Positions 27,505 to 37,514 of a stretch of DNA of 46,983 nucleotides are shown piece by piece. The notes under the pieces are model-generated. The model was not told the origin of the DNA. It saw nothing but the letters and a program-made list of their open reading frames with translations, and ran no database searches. A program made the position numbers and the translations under genes. Every line of letters begins with the position of its first letter. Positions within the stretch are counted from its first letter, which is position 1. Source of the DNA: Gaiellaceae bacterium. Its GTDB lineage: Bacteria; Actinomycetota; Thermoleophilia; Gaiellales; Gaiellaceae. Location of the stretch: contig DATAUN010000071.1 in assembly GCA_036268235.1 (NCBI GenBank), positions 1 to 46,983 of the forward strand, given 5' to 3'.

Positions 27505-28299
27505 GTGACTACGCGCATCCTGCACGTATCGGATCTCCACGTCGGGTCGCGGGACGATCCGATCGTGGAGGCTGCGCTCGGGGCGATGGTGGAGCAGGCG
27601 CGGCCGGAGCTCGTGGTCGCAACCGGGGATCTGAGCCACCGTGGGCGCCGCGACGAGCACGAACGCGCGGCGTCGCTGCTCCGCTCGCTCGGCCCGCCGG
27701 TCGTCGCGATTCCCGGGAACCACGACATCCCGTTCGCCTTCCCGGCCCGGTTCACGTCCCCGTGGCGCGAGTTCGAGCGGCAGTGGGAGACGACCGAGCC
27801 GCTCTTCGCGACGCCGGCGCTCCACGTCGTCGGAATCAACTCGGTCCGGCCGTGGCGGCATCAGTCGGGCGGCGTCCGCGACGACCAGCTCGACCGCGTC
27901 GTCGAGCGGCTCGCGCAGGCGGCACCCGGCGCACTGCGCATCGTCGCCCTGCACCACCAGCTGATCGGTGCGCCCTGGCGGACGCGGAAGCGTCCCGTCG
28001 CCCGGCGCGACCACGTGCTCGCCCGCGTCGTCGACTCCGGAGCCGACCTGATCGTCGGCGGGCACATCCACCAGGCCGCGGTGTCGGAACGCCACGAGTT
28101 CGAGATCGTCGCCGATGGAGCGCGGACGGCCGTCGTCTCGATCGCGCCCGGTGCGGGACAGCCGCGCCCACATCGCCACGGCGAGGCGCGCGGCTGCATG
28201 GTGTACGTCGCAGACGACGACGTGCTGACGGTCGAGACGTGGATCTGGGTCGGCGGCGCGTGGTCGCAGACCGCGACGCGCCGGTTCGCGCGGGCCTAG
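27505..28299 (+). CDS. Metallophosphoesterase (calcineurin-like)
   Basis: Motifs HVSDLH, TGDLSHRG, PGNHD, ALHH, and GGHIH in canonical order. Confidence 0.85.
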   Translation: MTTRILHVSDLHVGSRDDPIVEAALGAMVEQARPELVVATGDLSHRGRRDEHERAASLLRSLGPPVVAIPGNHDIPFAFPARFTSPWREFERQWETTEPLFATPALHVVGINSVRPWRHQSGGVRDDQLDRVVERLAQAAPGALRIVALHHQLIGAPWRTRKRPVARRDHVLARVVDSGADLIVGGHIHQAAVSERHEFEIVADGARTAVVSIAPGAGQPRPHRHGEARGCMVYVADDDVLTVETWIWVGGAWSQTATRRFARA

Positions 28300-28775
28300 G
28301 AGGGCTTGGTCTCGAGCTGCTCGCGCTTGGCCGCCAGCTCGTCGTCGTCGAGCAGCCCCGCGCGGTGGAGCTCCTGCAGCATCGCTTCGAGCCGCGCGTG
28401 CTGGAGGTGCTGGGGATCCGGCCGGAGGTTGTCGGGATCGATGCCGAGCTTGCGCAGCTTCTCGCGCTGCTCGGTGACACCGACCCCCCGCTCCGGGAAC
28501 GCGAGCGCGCCGGGACCGATGATCGGACGCCGCTGGATGAAGTGCCGGTACGACGCGACGAGCGCGATCGCGATCCCGAACGAGAGGAACGAGACCACAT
28601 AGCCGTTGTCGCCGGCGATCGCGTCGCCGACAACGGCGCCGATGATCGATCCGACGAGGCCGATCGCGACCGTGAGCCAGATCGGCATCGGGTCGGGCCC
28701 CGGAATCGCGAGCCGCGCCAGGCCGCCGGTGATGAACCCGGACACGAGGATCGCGAGCACGAAGCCGAGGCTCAT
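28296..28775 (-). CDS. GlsB/YeaQ/YmgE-type membrane protein fused to a C-terminal SHOCT-like domain, coupled to the uvrB stop
   Basis: [22 protein letters not shown]...[16 protein letters not shown] (Gly-zipper TM helices). C-terminal [25 protein letters not shown] at 28775 overlaps the uvrB stop (ATGA). Confidence 0.65.
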   Translation of the reverse strand: MSLGFVLAILVSGFITGGLARLAIPGPDPMPIWLTVAIGLVGSIIGAVVGDAIAGDNGYVVSFLSFGIAIALVASYRHFIQRRPIIGPGALAFPERGVGVTEQREKLRKLGIDPDNLRPDPQHLQHARLEAMLQELHRAGLLDDDELAAKREQLETKPS

Positions 28776-30781
28776 GCCGTCGCCACCTCGGCAATCGCGT
28801 TCAGGTCGCGGCGGATCTCCTTGATCTCGTCGCGGAGCTTCGCGGCGTACTCGAAGCGCAGCTCTTCGGCGGCGGTGAACATCTCTTCCTCGAGCGTCAC
28901 GAGCAGCCGCTCGAGCTCCTCGCGACTCAAGCCCTCGGCCTTGTCGCCACGGCGCCGGCGCGACTTCGGCACGTGCGGCTGCTCGAGCTGCAGGAACTCC
29001 GCGATGTCCGAGACGCCCTTCGTGATCGAGATCGGCTTCGTGCCGTGCTCCTCGTTGTACGCGAGCTGAATCGCGCGGCGCCGGTTCGTCTCGTCGAGCG
29101 CGGACTTGATCGCCTCCGTCTGCTTGTCGGCGTACATCAGCACCTTGCCCTCGACGTGCCGCGCCGCGCGGCCGATCGTCTGGATGAGCGCGGTATTGCC
29201 GCGCAGGAAACCTTCCTTGTCGGCGTCGAGGATCGCGACGAGCGACACCTCGGGCAGATCGAGTCCCTCGCGGAGCAGGTTCACGCCGACGAGCACGTCG
29301 TAGTCGCCGAGCCGGAGCTCGCGGATGATCTGGATGCGCTCGAGCGTGTCGACCTCGGAATGGAGATAGCGCGTCTTGACGCCCGCCTCGAGGAGGTAGT
29401 CGGTCAGGTCCTCCGACATCTTCTTGGTGAGCGTCGTGACGAGCACGCGCTCGCCCTTCTCCTCGCGCTTGCGGATCTCGTTGAGGAGGTCGTCGATCTG
29501 GTTCCTCGTCGGCCGCAGCTCGACGACAGGGTCGATGAGGAACGTCGGCCTGATGAGCTGTTCTGCGATGCGCGTCGACTGGCGCAGCTCCCACGCGCCC
29601 GGCGTGGCCGACACGAACACCATCTGCCCGACCTTCTCGAGGTACTCGTCGAAGCGGAGCGGGCGGTTGTCGAGCGCGCTCGGCAAGCGGAAGCCGAAAT
29701 CGACAAGCGTCTGCTTGCGCGAGCGGTCGCCTTCGTACATGCCCCCGATCTGCGGAACCGTCTGGTGCGACTCGTCGACGAAGACGACGAAGTCGGACGG
29801 GAAGTAGTCGAGCAGCGTGTGCGGCGCCGAGCCGGGCGGGCGGCCGTCGAGGATGCGGGAGTAGTTCTCGATCCCGTTGCAGAAGCCGAGCTCTTTCATC
29901 ATCTCGAGGTCGTACTCGGTGCGCTGCCGGATGCGGTGCGCCTCGAGCATCATCCCCTTCGACTCGAAGAGCTTGACCTGCTCCTCGAGCTCGTGGCGGA
30001 TCTCGCCGAGCGCGCGGTCGATCGTCGGCTTCGACGTGACGTACTGCGTCGCCGGGAAGACGGTGATCGAATCGAGCTTCGACAGGACCTCGCCGGTGAG
30101 CGGGTCGAAGTGCGTGATCTGCTCGACCTCGTCACCGAAGAACGAGACTCGATACGCGGTCTCCGCGTGCGACGGTTGGATCTCGATCACGTCGCCCTTG
30201 ACGCGGAAGCGGCCGCGTCCGAGCAGCGTGTCGTTGCGCGCGTACTGGATGTCGATCAGCTTGCGCAGCACGAGATCGCGGTCGGTCTCCTCGCCGACGT
30301 TCAGGAAGACGATGCGCTTCTCGTACTCCTCGGGTGAGCCGAGACCGTAGATGCACGAGACCGACGCGACGATGATCGTGTCGCGGCGGGACAGCAAGCT
30401 CGAGGTCGCCGCGTGGCGGAGCCGGTCGATGTCGTCGTTGCGCGAGCTGTCCTTCTCGATGTAGAGGTCGGCCTGCGGGACGTACGCCTCCGGCTGGTAG
30501 TAGTCGTAATAGGAGACGAAGTACTCGACCGCGTTGTCGGGAAAGAACTCGCGGAACTCGTTGCAGAGCTGCGCTGCGAGCGTCTTGTTGTGGGCGATCA
30601 CGAGCGCGGGGCGCTGCACCTGCTCGATGATCCAGGCCATCGTTGCGGTCTTGCCCGTGCCGGTCGCGCCGAGCAGCGTCTGACAGCGCTCGCCCGCGCG
30701 GATCCCGTCCGAGAGGGTCGCGATCGCCCCGGGCTGGTCGCCCGTCGGCGCGTACGCAGTCGATGTTTTGAGGGGCGGCAC
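28772..30781 (-). CDS. uvrB: Excinuclease ABC subunit B
   Basis: PTGDQPGAI, Walker [13 protein letters not shown] box (FVDESHQT), and C-terminal UVR domain ([17 protein letters not shown]). Confidence 0.97.
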   Translation of the reverse strand: MPPLKTSTAYAPTGDQPGAIATLSDGIRAGERCQTLLGATGTGKTATMAWIIEQVQRPALVIAHNKTLAAQLCNEFREFFPDNAVEYFVSYYDYYQPEAYVPQADLYIEKDSSRNDDIDRLRHAATSSLLSRRDTIIVASVSCIYGLGSPEEYEKRIVFLNVGEETDRDLVLRKLIDIQYARNDTLLGRGRFRVKGDVIEIQPSHAETAYRVSFFGDEVEQITHFDPLTGEVLSKLDSITVFPATQYVTSKPTIDRALGEIRHELEEQVKLFESKGMMLEAHRIRQRTEYDLEMMKELGFCNGIENYSRILDGRPPGSAPHTLLDYFPSDFVVFVDESHQTVPQIGGMYEGDRSRKQTLVDFGFRLPSALDNRPLRFDEYLEKVGQMVFVSATPGAWELRQSTRIAEQLIRPTFLIDPVVELRPTRNQIDDLLNEIRKREEKGERVLVTTLTKKMSEDLTDYLLEAGVKTRYLHSEVDTLERIQIIRELRLGDYDVLVGVNLLREGLDLPEVSLVAILDADKEGFLRGNTALIQTIGRAARHVEGKVLMYADKQTEAIKSALDETNRRRAIQLAYNEEHGTKPISITKGVSDIAEFLQLEQPHVPKSRRRRGDKAEGLSREELERLLVTLEEEMFTAAEELRFEYAAKLRDEIKEIRRDLNAIAEVATA

Positions 30782-30802
30782 GGCAGGGACAGGGTAACCC
30801 GC

Positions 30803-31276
30803 ATGGCTCAGCAGACGAACGCGCCGCCGTACGGCGCCTACGCGGGGATCATGGCCACCTTTGTAGGCGGCCTCGCCACGGCGGGCGCGCTCGCCCGGCT
30901 GCTCGACCGCGACCCGCGCGACTACGACGCGCTCGACCTGGTCGTCCTCGGGCTCGCCACCTACAAGGCGTCGCGCACGATCGCACGTGACGAGGTGACG
31001 AGCTTCCTGCGCGAGCCGTTCGTCGAGGGCACCGCAAAGGAAGGCGCCGAGGATCCGGTCGAGACCGGCGATCTCCGCCAGGCGGTCGGCGAGCTCGTCA
31101 CCTGCTCACGCTGCATCGGAACCTGGGTCGCAGCGGGGCTCTCGATGACGCAGATCATCGCCCCGCAGTTCGGCCGCCTGCTCACGTGGACCCTCGCCAC
31201 CGCCGGCGCGAACGACTGGCTGCAAGCCGGCTTCGCCGCGCTCACCGCGAAGGCGAACGAGCTCGAACGCTCGTAG
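30803..31276 (+). CDS. DUF1360-domain membrane protein
   Basis: [25 protein letters not shown] ... [17 protein letters not shown] matches the DUF1360 pattern. ATG at 30803, 22 nt from the uvrB start. Confidence 0.7.
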   Translation: MAQQTNAPPYGAYAGIMATFVGGLATAGALARLLDRDPRDYDALDLVVLGLATYKASRTIARDEVTSFLREPFVEGTAKEGAEDPVETGDLRQAVGELVTCSRCIGTWVAAGLSMTQIIAPQFGRLLTWTLATAGANDWLQAGFAALTAKANELERS

Positions 31277-31282
31277 AGGGTG

Positions 31283-31702
31283 CTAGTCGCCCCAGTCGAA
31301 GTCGCGAGAGCGCGACCAGAGGTTCTCGTCCGACGGCTGCTCCGGGTCGAGCGCTTCCGGCGGCAGCGCTTCCTCAGTCGCCTCCAGGACCGGCGCGGGC
31401 TCGGTGGCCGCAGGCGCCGGCGCGGGCGTGTCGATGAAGGTGTCCTCGGTGGTCGGCCAGTCGAGGGAGGTCTCCTCCGCTTCGATGCCGGTAACCCCGT
31501 CCATCGTGTCCTCGATCCGCGCCTGCTCCTCCGTCTTGAAGAGCGGGTGGTTCTCGAACGGATCGTCCGTCAGGTACCGCTCGAGGGGCATCTCGTGCTC
31601 AAGCGCCGAGTTGCGCCGCTTCAACTCGAGATGGTCCTGGATCACCTGCGCGAACATCGACGGGGTTTCGACCGCCATGAACTCCTCCTGCTCGGACGCC
31701 AT
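31283..31702 (-). CDS. Acidic hypothetical protein (139 aa)
   Basis: Clean ORF with high GC3 and a strongly acidic composition. No motif recognised. Confidence 0.5.
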   Translation of the reverse strand: MASEQEEFMAVETPSMFAQVIQDHLELKRRNSALEHEMPLERYLTDDPFENHPLFKTEEQARIEDTMDGVTGIEAEETSLDWPTTEDTFIDTPAPAPAATEPAPVLEATEEALPPEALDPEQPSDENLWSRSRDFDWGD

Positions 31703-31720
31703 TTCTCTCCCAGCCGGATT

Positions 31721-33451
31721 TTAGACCATCTTCTCCGAGGCCGATTCGGCCGCCCGGGCGACCCTGTTCTTGCCGCTTCGCTTGGCTTCGTAGAGCGCCG
31801 AATCGGCCGCCGCAAGCAGTTCGCCGGCCTCGCTCCAGTCGGGGCAGCAGGCGACGCCGAAGCTGGCGGTGACCGTCACCTCACTCCCGTCGGGGAGGCG
31901 AACGGAGCGCGCTTCGAGCGCGACTCGGGCGCGCTCGGCGAGGCGCGCGCCACCGTCGGCGTCAGTGCCGGTGAGAATCAGCGCGAACTCCTCGCCGCCC
32001 CAGCGGCCTGCGGTGTCGCTTTCGCGCACGGTCTCGCGCAGGGTCGCCGCGAACGCGATGAGCACTTCGTCGCCGGCCGCGTGGCCCCACCTGTCGTTGA
32101 CGCGCTTGAAGTCGTCGAGGTCGGCGAGGACGAGGCACATCGAGCCGCCGAAACGTGACGATCGTGCGATCTCGGACCGCAGCGTCTCCTCGAGGCTGCG
32201 CCGGTTCGCAAGCCCGGTGAGGCTGTCGACGAGCGCCTGCCGCTCGACGATGCGATGCAGGCGCGCGTTCTCGAGTGCGACGACGACCTGCGCAGCGAGT
32301 GACGTCGCGGCTTCGACCTGGCCGGCGTCGAACCCGTCGCCGGTCAGGACGAGCAATCCGAAGTCCGAGTTGCCGACGCGTAGAGGCAGCGCGATCCGCT
32401 CAGCACCTGCATCGGGATCCCCTGCGCGCGCAAGCTCGCCATCCGGCCCGAGAACGACGCCGCCGACGGCGCCCGTCGTCTCGACGGCGGACTCGACGAC
32501 GACGCGCACGAGCTGGCCGACGTCGTGGGTCGCGGCGAGCGCCTCGCCGAACCGCGAGACCGCCTCCTGCACGCGCACCCGCTCGAGGTCGAGCTCGCCG
32601 AGACGCTGCTCGAGTTGCGCCGCCATGCCGTTGAACGCGCGCGCCAGGTGCGCGAACTCGTCATTGCCGCGAACGTCGACACGTTCGGAAAGGCTGCCGC
32701 TCGCGATCGCATCCGCCGCTTCCGAGAGCCGTCGCAGCGTGCGCACGATCGAGCGGCCGAGCAGGTAGGTCACGAGTGCGAAGAGCATGAGCGACGCGAT
32801 GAGCGCCGCGGCGATCCGCTTCTCCGCGGCGTGGGCGCCGGCGTCGATCTCGGACTGCGGAGTCAGCGCCGCGAGCTCGAGCCCGGGCGGGTCGGAGAGC
32901 CCCGTCGTGAGCAGGCCGCGGTAGGACCGGCCGGCGAACCGAACGCGCGCCGCGGTCCCGGGAACGAGCTCGAGCAGCTTGCCCGCGCCGGAGCCGCCGA
33001 TCACCCGTCCGTATCGCACTGCGAGCAGCAGGTCGCCGGACGGCAGACCGCTGTCGAGCGAGGCGAGCAGCGTCGGCGTCACCGGGACATAGACGGAGAC
33101 GTTCCCGAGAACGCGGCCGTCCGCGACGACGGAGACCGTCTCCACACCCGCGGGGCCCGACGGGCGAGCCGGGAGCAGCGTCGCGAGCGCGGCGCGGTCG
33201 TCGGTGCGGAGCGCCTCCTGGACACGGGGCTTCGCTGCGAGCCGGCGCGCGCGCGTCGTCGCGTGGTCGAGGCGAGTGGCGTAGCCCGCGGCCGCCGCCC
33301 GCAGCCCTGCCTGGATCGACGCGTCCGCCCGCCTCGTCTCGCTGCGCACGGCGAGCGTGTCGTAGCCGTAGAACGCAACGGCAAGCGGCAGCAGCGCGAG
33401 CAGCGCGAACCAGACGACCAGCTTGACTTTGAAGCTCCCCATCAGATTCAA
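31721..33451 (-). CDS. Membrane sensor diguanylate cyclase (periplasmic sensor-HAMP-GAF-GGDEF)
   Basis: Two TM helices flanking a ~170-aa loop. HAMP-like SIVRTLRRLSEAADAIASGSL. GAF-like middle. Active site RWGGEEFALIL with the I-site RESD five residues upstream. Confidence 0.9.
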   Translation of the reverse strand: MNLMGSFKVKLVVWFALLALLPLAVAFYGYDTLAVRSETRRADASIQAGLRAAAAGYATRLDHATTRARRLAAKPRVQEALRTDDRAALATLLPARPSGPAGVETVSVVADGRVLGNVSVYVPVTPTLLASLDSGLPSGDLLLAVRYGRVIGGSGAGKLLELVPGTAARVRFAGRSYRGLLTTGLSDPPGLELAALTPQSEIDAGAHAAEKRIAAALIASLMLFALVTYLLGRSIVRTLRRLSEAADAIASGSLSERVDVRGNDEFAHLARAFNGMAAQLEQRLGELDLERVRVQEAVSRFGEALAATHDVGQLVRVVVESAVETTGAVGGVVLGPDGELARAGDPDAGAERIALPLRVGNSDFGLLVLTGDGFDAGQVEAATSLAAQVVVALENARLHRIVERQALVDSLTGLANRRSLEETLRSEIARSSRFGGSMCLVLADLDDFKRVNDRWGHAAGDEVLIAFAATLRETVRESDTAGRWGGEEFALILTGTDADGGARLAERARVALEARSVRLPDGSEVTVTASFGVACCPDWSEAGELLAAADSALYEAKRSGKNRVARAAESASEKMV

Positions 33452-33514
33452 GGAATCCGGTACCCCTGCCGATAGCCTTACCGATAGTCGTTGTCGGCCT
33501 GTAAAGGGGGAACC

Positions 33515-34177
33515 ATGAGGTTTTCATGGAACCAGGCGGCGACGGGGGCACTGATAGCGGCAGCCGTGGCGGGGCTGCTCATTCTTCCCGGGCGTCTGCT
33601 CGGGCCCGATTCGGCCGGCCAGGACGCGATCCCGCTGCCCGCAGCGGCTGCGTCCACGCCCGTCGAGGCAGCTCCCGTGGCACCTGCGCACCACATCGTC
33701 CGGCGCCACGCGCCGGCGAAGGCGGCCGTGACCCAGGCCGCGGCGTTCCACGCCGTGCCGGTCGTGAACCGGATCGTGCCCGCTGCGACACCGGTCGCGA
33801 AGGTCGTGCACCACGTCACGAAGGCCGCGGCGGCAGCCGCCGGCAGGCCGTCGGCGCGCCGGACGCGACACGAGATCGCGCCTGACCCGCCCGCAGCCGT
33901 GGCGACGCCGACCGTGAGGCCCCCGCCCGACCCGCCCGCGACGGCGCCTGCTCCGACTGCCGCACCGGCGGCAACGCCGACTGCAGCGGCCGCCGTCCCC
34001 CCGGCGGCCACGACGCCGACGCCGGCGACCGTCATCCCGCTCGTCGCCGGCGTGATCCAGACGACGGCTCCGTCGTCAAGCAACGACGACCAGCACGACA
34101 ACGGTCACGGCCACGACGACCACAACGGCCACAACGACGGCTCGGGAACTGGGCACGGCCACGGGCACGGCAAGTAG
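33515..34177 (+). CDS. N-terminally anchored Ala/Pro-rich protein with a His/Gly/Asp-rich C-terminal tail
   Basis: GGGGGA RBS before the ATG at 33515. TM segment GALIAAAVAGLLIL. Low-complexity A/P/T region. Tail DDQHDNGHGHDDHNGHNDGSGTGHGHGHGK. Confidence 0.5.
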   Translation: MRFSWNQAATGALIAAAVAGLLILPGRLLGPDSAGQDAIPLPAAAASTPVEAAPVAPAHHIVRRHAPAKAAVTQAAAFHAVPVVNRIVPAATPVAKVVHHVTKAAAAAAGRPSARRTRHEIAPDPPAAVATPTVRPPPDPPATAPAPTAAPAATPTAAAAVPPAATTPTPATVIPLVAGVIQTTAPSSSNDDQHDNGHGHDDHNGHNDGSGTGHGHGHGK

Positions 34178-34190
34178 GCACAATGCGCGC

Positions 34191-34373
34191 ATGCCGCGCC
34201 CGAAGCTCAGCCGCCGCGCAGGTCCCACCGCGGCGGCGATGTTCACGCTCTACGACGTCTGGCGGCGCCTCCCGCCGGCCCAGCGGCGCTGGGTGATGAA
34301 GCAGGCGCGCACCCACGGGCCGCGCCTCGCGAAGCAGGCGCTCGCCGCCCGCCGCAACCGGCCGCCGCGCTAG
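34191..34373 (+). CDS. Small basic hypothetical protein (60 aa)
   Basis: ORF with high GC3 in the only gap between the neighbouring genes. The stop overlaps the sucA stop (CTAG). No motif recognised. Confidence 0.35.
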   Translation: MPRPKLSRRAGPTAAAMFTLYDVWRRLPPAQRRWVMKQARTHGPRLAKQALAARRNRPPR

Positions 34374-37201
34374 AGCGTCAGCGCGTCACGCGCGATGCGG
34401 TCCTGCTCGATCAGGTGCGCCGTCGGGTAGCCCTCGGACGGGCTCGCGCGCCACGGGCGGCCGAGGTAGCGCAGCTTCACGCCGTTTGCCGCCTCCTCGA
34501 GGCGGTGGCGAATCGAGCGCCACGGCCCCATGTTCTGCGGCTCTTCCTGCGCCCACACGACCTCTTCGAGCGACGGATACGACGCGACGAGCTGGTGCGT
34601 CGCCTCGATCGGAAACGGATACAGCTGCTCGATGCGCGCGACCGCGATCGCGTCGGCGCCGGCGGCGCGCGCCTCGTGCCCGACGATGTCGTAATAGACC
34701 TTGCCGCTGCAGAGGACGAGGCGGCGCACGGCGCTCTTGTCCTCGCGCGAATCGTCGAGCACCGGCTGGAACGCGCCCTGGCTGAGGTCGTCGAGCGTCG
34801 AGGCTGCCTCCTTCAGGCGCAGTAGGCCCTTCGGCGTGACGACGACGAGCGGGCGCGCCTGCGCGTCGAGTGCCTGGCGGCGCAGCAGGTGGAAGTACTG
34901 CGCGGCGGTCGTACAGTTCGCGATCCGGATGTTCTCCTGCGCACCGAGCTGCAGGAACCGCTCGAGACGCGCACTCGAGTGCTCGGGGCCGTTGCCCTCG
35001 TAGCCGTGCGGCAGCAGCAGCGTCAGGCGCGACGTCTCGCGCCACTTCGACAGCGCCGACGAGATGAACTGGTCGATGATGATCTGCGCGCCGTTCGCGA
35101 AGTCGCCGTACTGCGCCTCCCAGAGGATGAGCGCCTCGGGCGCGGCGGCCGAGTAGCCGTACTCGAAACCGAGGCATGCGTACTCGGAGAGCGGCGAGTT
35201 GTAGACCTCGAACGACGCGGTCGCTTCGTCGAGGTGCTGCATCGGCGTGTACGTCTCGTTCGTGTGCACGTCGTGCAGCACGAGATGACGCTGCGCGAAC
35301 GTGCCGCGCTGCACGTCCTGTCCGGTGAGCCGCACCGGGATGCCGTCGACGAGGAGCGAGGCGTACGCGAGCGACTCCGCGTGCCCCCACTCGATGCCGC
35401 CCTCGCTGAGCGCGGTGCGCCGGCGGTCGAGCTGCTTCGCGAGCTTGGGATGCACGGTGAACTCGTCCGGCCAGTGCAGGAGCTCCTCGTTGAGCCCGGC
35501 GAGCGTGTCGGCTGCGACCGCGGTGACGACCTCGGCGGTCGTCGACGGCGGGATCGTGCCGTCGTGCTCGACCTTGCCGCCGTCGCCGAACGATGCCTTC
35601 AGCCGGTCGTGCGCCGCGCGGAGCATCTGCTCGACCTCCGAGACGAAACCGTCGGCCTCCTCCTGCGTCAGCACGCCCTCTTCGATCAGGCGCTCCTGGT
35701 AGAGCTCGCGAACGCTTCGGTGCGCATTGATCTGCTCGACCATCAGCGGCTGCGTGTACGCGGCCTCGTCCTGCTCGTTGTGGCCGAAGCGCCGGTAGCC
35801 GACGAGATCGACGACGACGTCCTGTGCGAAGCGGCGGCGGTATGCCATGGCGAGCCGCACGGCCGCGATCGACGCCTCGGGATCGTCCGCGTTCACGTGG
35901 ACGATCGGGCAGTCGAAGCCTTTCGCGAGGTCGGACGAGTAGCGCGTTGAACGGCCCTCGTTCGGATCGGTCGTGAACCCGATCTGGTTGTTCGTGATCA
36001 GATGAAGGGTGCCGCCGGTCGAGTAGCCCGCGAGCCCGTGCAGATTGAACGTCTCCGCGACGATCCCCTGACCCGCGAACGCGGCGTCTCCGTGCAGCAG
36101 CACTGCGAGCGCGACGGACGGGTCGTGCGCACCGTTCTTCGTCGAGCGGTCGGTCTGCTCGGCGCGCGTGCGCCCTTCGACGACGGGGTTCACGGCCTCG
36201 AGATGGCTCGGGTTCGCGACGAGGCGCACGCCGACCTTCCCGTTCGTCGTCGTGCGAGTGCCGGCGGCGGAGAGGTGGTACTTCACGTCGCCGGTGCCGC
36301 CCTCGGGATCGGACGCGACGGCGTCGATCGTCCGCTCGCCTTCGAACTCGCGCAGGATGTACTCGTACGGCATGCCGATCGTGTGCGCGAGCACGTTGAG
36401 GCGGCCGCGGTGCGCCATGCCCATGACGACGTCGTGCGCGCCGGCCTCGGCCGCGAGCTCAATCGTCTCGTCGAGCATCGGGATCATCACGTCGAGCCCC
36501 TCGACCGAGAACTGCTTCTGCCCGAGGAACCGCTTGCGCAGGAAGCGCTCCATCCCCTCGACCTCGCAGAGACGGCGGAAGAGCGCGACCTTCTCGTCGC
36601 GGCTGAGCTCCTGCCGGTAGCGGCCGGACTCGATCGCCTGACGCAGCCACACACGCTGCTGATGATCGGAGAGGTGCTCGAGCTCGTACGCGATCGTGCT
36701 GCAGTAGGTCTCCGCGAGCTGCGGCAGGACGTCGGCCAGTGTCTCGCCCGGCACGTGCACGCGCAGCACGGAGGCGGGGATGCGCGCCTGGAGCTCAGGG
36801 GTCAGCTTCGGCTCGAGGCGCAGCGGCTCGAGCGACGGATCGCCGACCGGCTCGGAGCCGAGCGGGTCGAGGCGCGCCGCGAGGTGACCGTGCGTTCGGT
36901 GCGCCTTGACGAGCGCCATTGCCGCCGCGACGCCGCCGAGGAGCTGCGCGTCGGGCGCCGCGGCAGGCGCGGGCTCCGCGACCGCGGGTGCCGGCGCAGC
37001 GGCATGGCCGTTTCCGCTCCCGTTGTGCGGCAGCTGCTCAAGCAGCCGAGCGATGCCGGGGTGCGTCGCGACGAGCGCGGAATCACCGCTCTCGAAGAGC
37101 GCGCGCCACTCCGACGGGACCGCTTCCGGATTCTCGAGGTACTCGTCGAGCAGGGCGCGCGCGTAGCCGGCATTCAGGCCGTCGACGTCGTGCGTGCTCA
37201 C
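34370..37201 (-). CDS. sucA: 2-oxoglutarate dehydrogenase E1 component
   Basis: 943 aa. N-terminal NAGYARALLDEYLENP, ThDP region GMAHRGRLNVLAH...LHGDAAFAGQG, and a transketolase-like C-terminal half. Confidence 0.95.
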   Translation of the reverse strand: MSTHDVDGLNAGYARALLDEYLENPEAVPSEWRALFESGDSALVATHPGIARLLEQLPHNGSGNGHAAAPAPAVAEPAPAAAPDAQLLGGVAAAMALVKAHRTHGHLAARLDPLGSEPVGDPSLEPLRLEPKLTPELQARIPASVLRVHVPGETLADVLPQLAETYCSTIAYELEHLSDHQQRVWLRQAIESGRYRQELSRDEKVALFRRLCEVEGMERFLRKRFLGQKQFSVEGLDVMIPMLDETIELAAEAGAHDVVMGMAHRGRLNVLAHTIGMPYEYILREFEGERTIDAVASDPEGGTGDVKYHLSAAGTRTTTNGKVGVRLVANPSHLEAVNPVVEGRTRAEQTDRSTKNGAHDPSVALAVLLHGDAAFAGQGIVAETFNLHGLAGYSTGGTLHLITNNQIGFTTDPNEGRSTRYSSDLAKGFDCPIVHVNADDPEASIAAVRLAMAYRRRFAQDVVVDLVGYRRFGHNEQDEAAYTQPLMVEQINAHRSVRELYQERLIEEGVLTQEEADGFVSEVEQMLRAAHDRLKASFGDGGKVEHDGTIPPSTTAEVVTAVAADTLAGLNEELLHWPDEFTVHPKLAKQLDRRRTALSEGGIEWGHAESLAYASLLVDGIPVRLTGQDVQRGTFAQRHLVLHDVHTNETYTPMQHLDEATASFEVYNSPLSEYACLGFEYGYSAAAPEALILWEAQYGDFANGAQIIIDQFISSALSKWRETSRLTLLLPHGYEGNGPEHSSARLERFLQLGAQENIRIANCTTAAQYFHLLRRQALDAQARPLVVVTPKGLLRLKEAASTLDDLSQGAFQPVLDDSREDKSAVRRLVLCSGKVYYDIVGHEARAAGADAIAVARIEQLYPFPIEATHQLVASYPSLEEVVWAQEEPQNMGPWRSIRHRLEEAANGVKLRYLGRPWRASPSEGYPTAHLIEQDRIARDALTL

Positions 37202-37253
37202 CCCTCTAGTTGTACCAGGGGCGATGCAGTTGTCCTCTCCCCTAGACGAGGGG

Positions 37254-37514
37254 CTAGTAGAGCGGGTGATGCGTGAGGATCTGGATCGCGGCGCCGACGA
37301 CGAAGCAGACGCTGACGATGGCGAACCCGACCCGGACGATGCGCTGCTCGGGGCCGCTCATGACGGTCGCGATCAGGAGCAGGATCACCGCGGCGGGCGC
37401 CATGCGGAACGGGCGGTAGAAGAGCTCCATCGCGCCGAGGAAGCACGCGCCTGCGGCGATGATTCCCGCAACGGCTTCGCTCGGCTTGATCGGTTCGCGC
37501 GCGGTCTGCGTCAC
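37254..37514 (-). CDS. Small (86 aa) 3-TM membrane protein, unknown function
   Basis: Hydrophobic segments VAGIIAAGACFLGAM, APAAVILLLIATVM, VGFAIVSVCFVVGAAIQIL. Its ATG overlaps the stop of the gene upstream (ATGA). Confidence 0.5.
   Translation of the reverse strand: MTQTAREPIKPSEAVAGIIAAGACFLGAMELFYRPFRMAPAAVILLLIATVMSGPEQRIVRVGFAIVSVCFVVGAAIQILTHHPLY

Noticed and set aside
33478-34101. Minus-strand ORF (207 aa) antisense to the Ala/Pro-rich gene
   Set aside because: It is Gly/Ala/Val low-complexity mirror translation with no RBS. The + strand ORF has a GGGGGA RBS and a credible TM anchor. The coding status of this whole low-complexity region is still only moderately supported.
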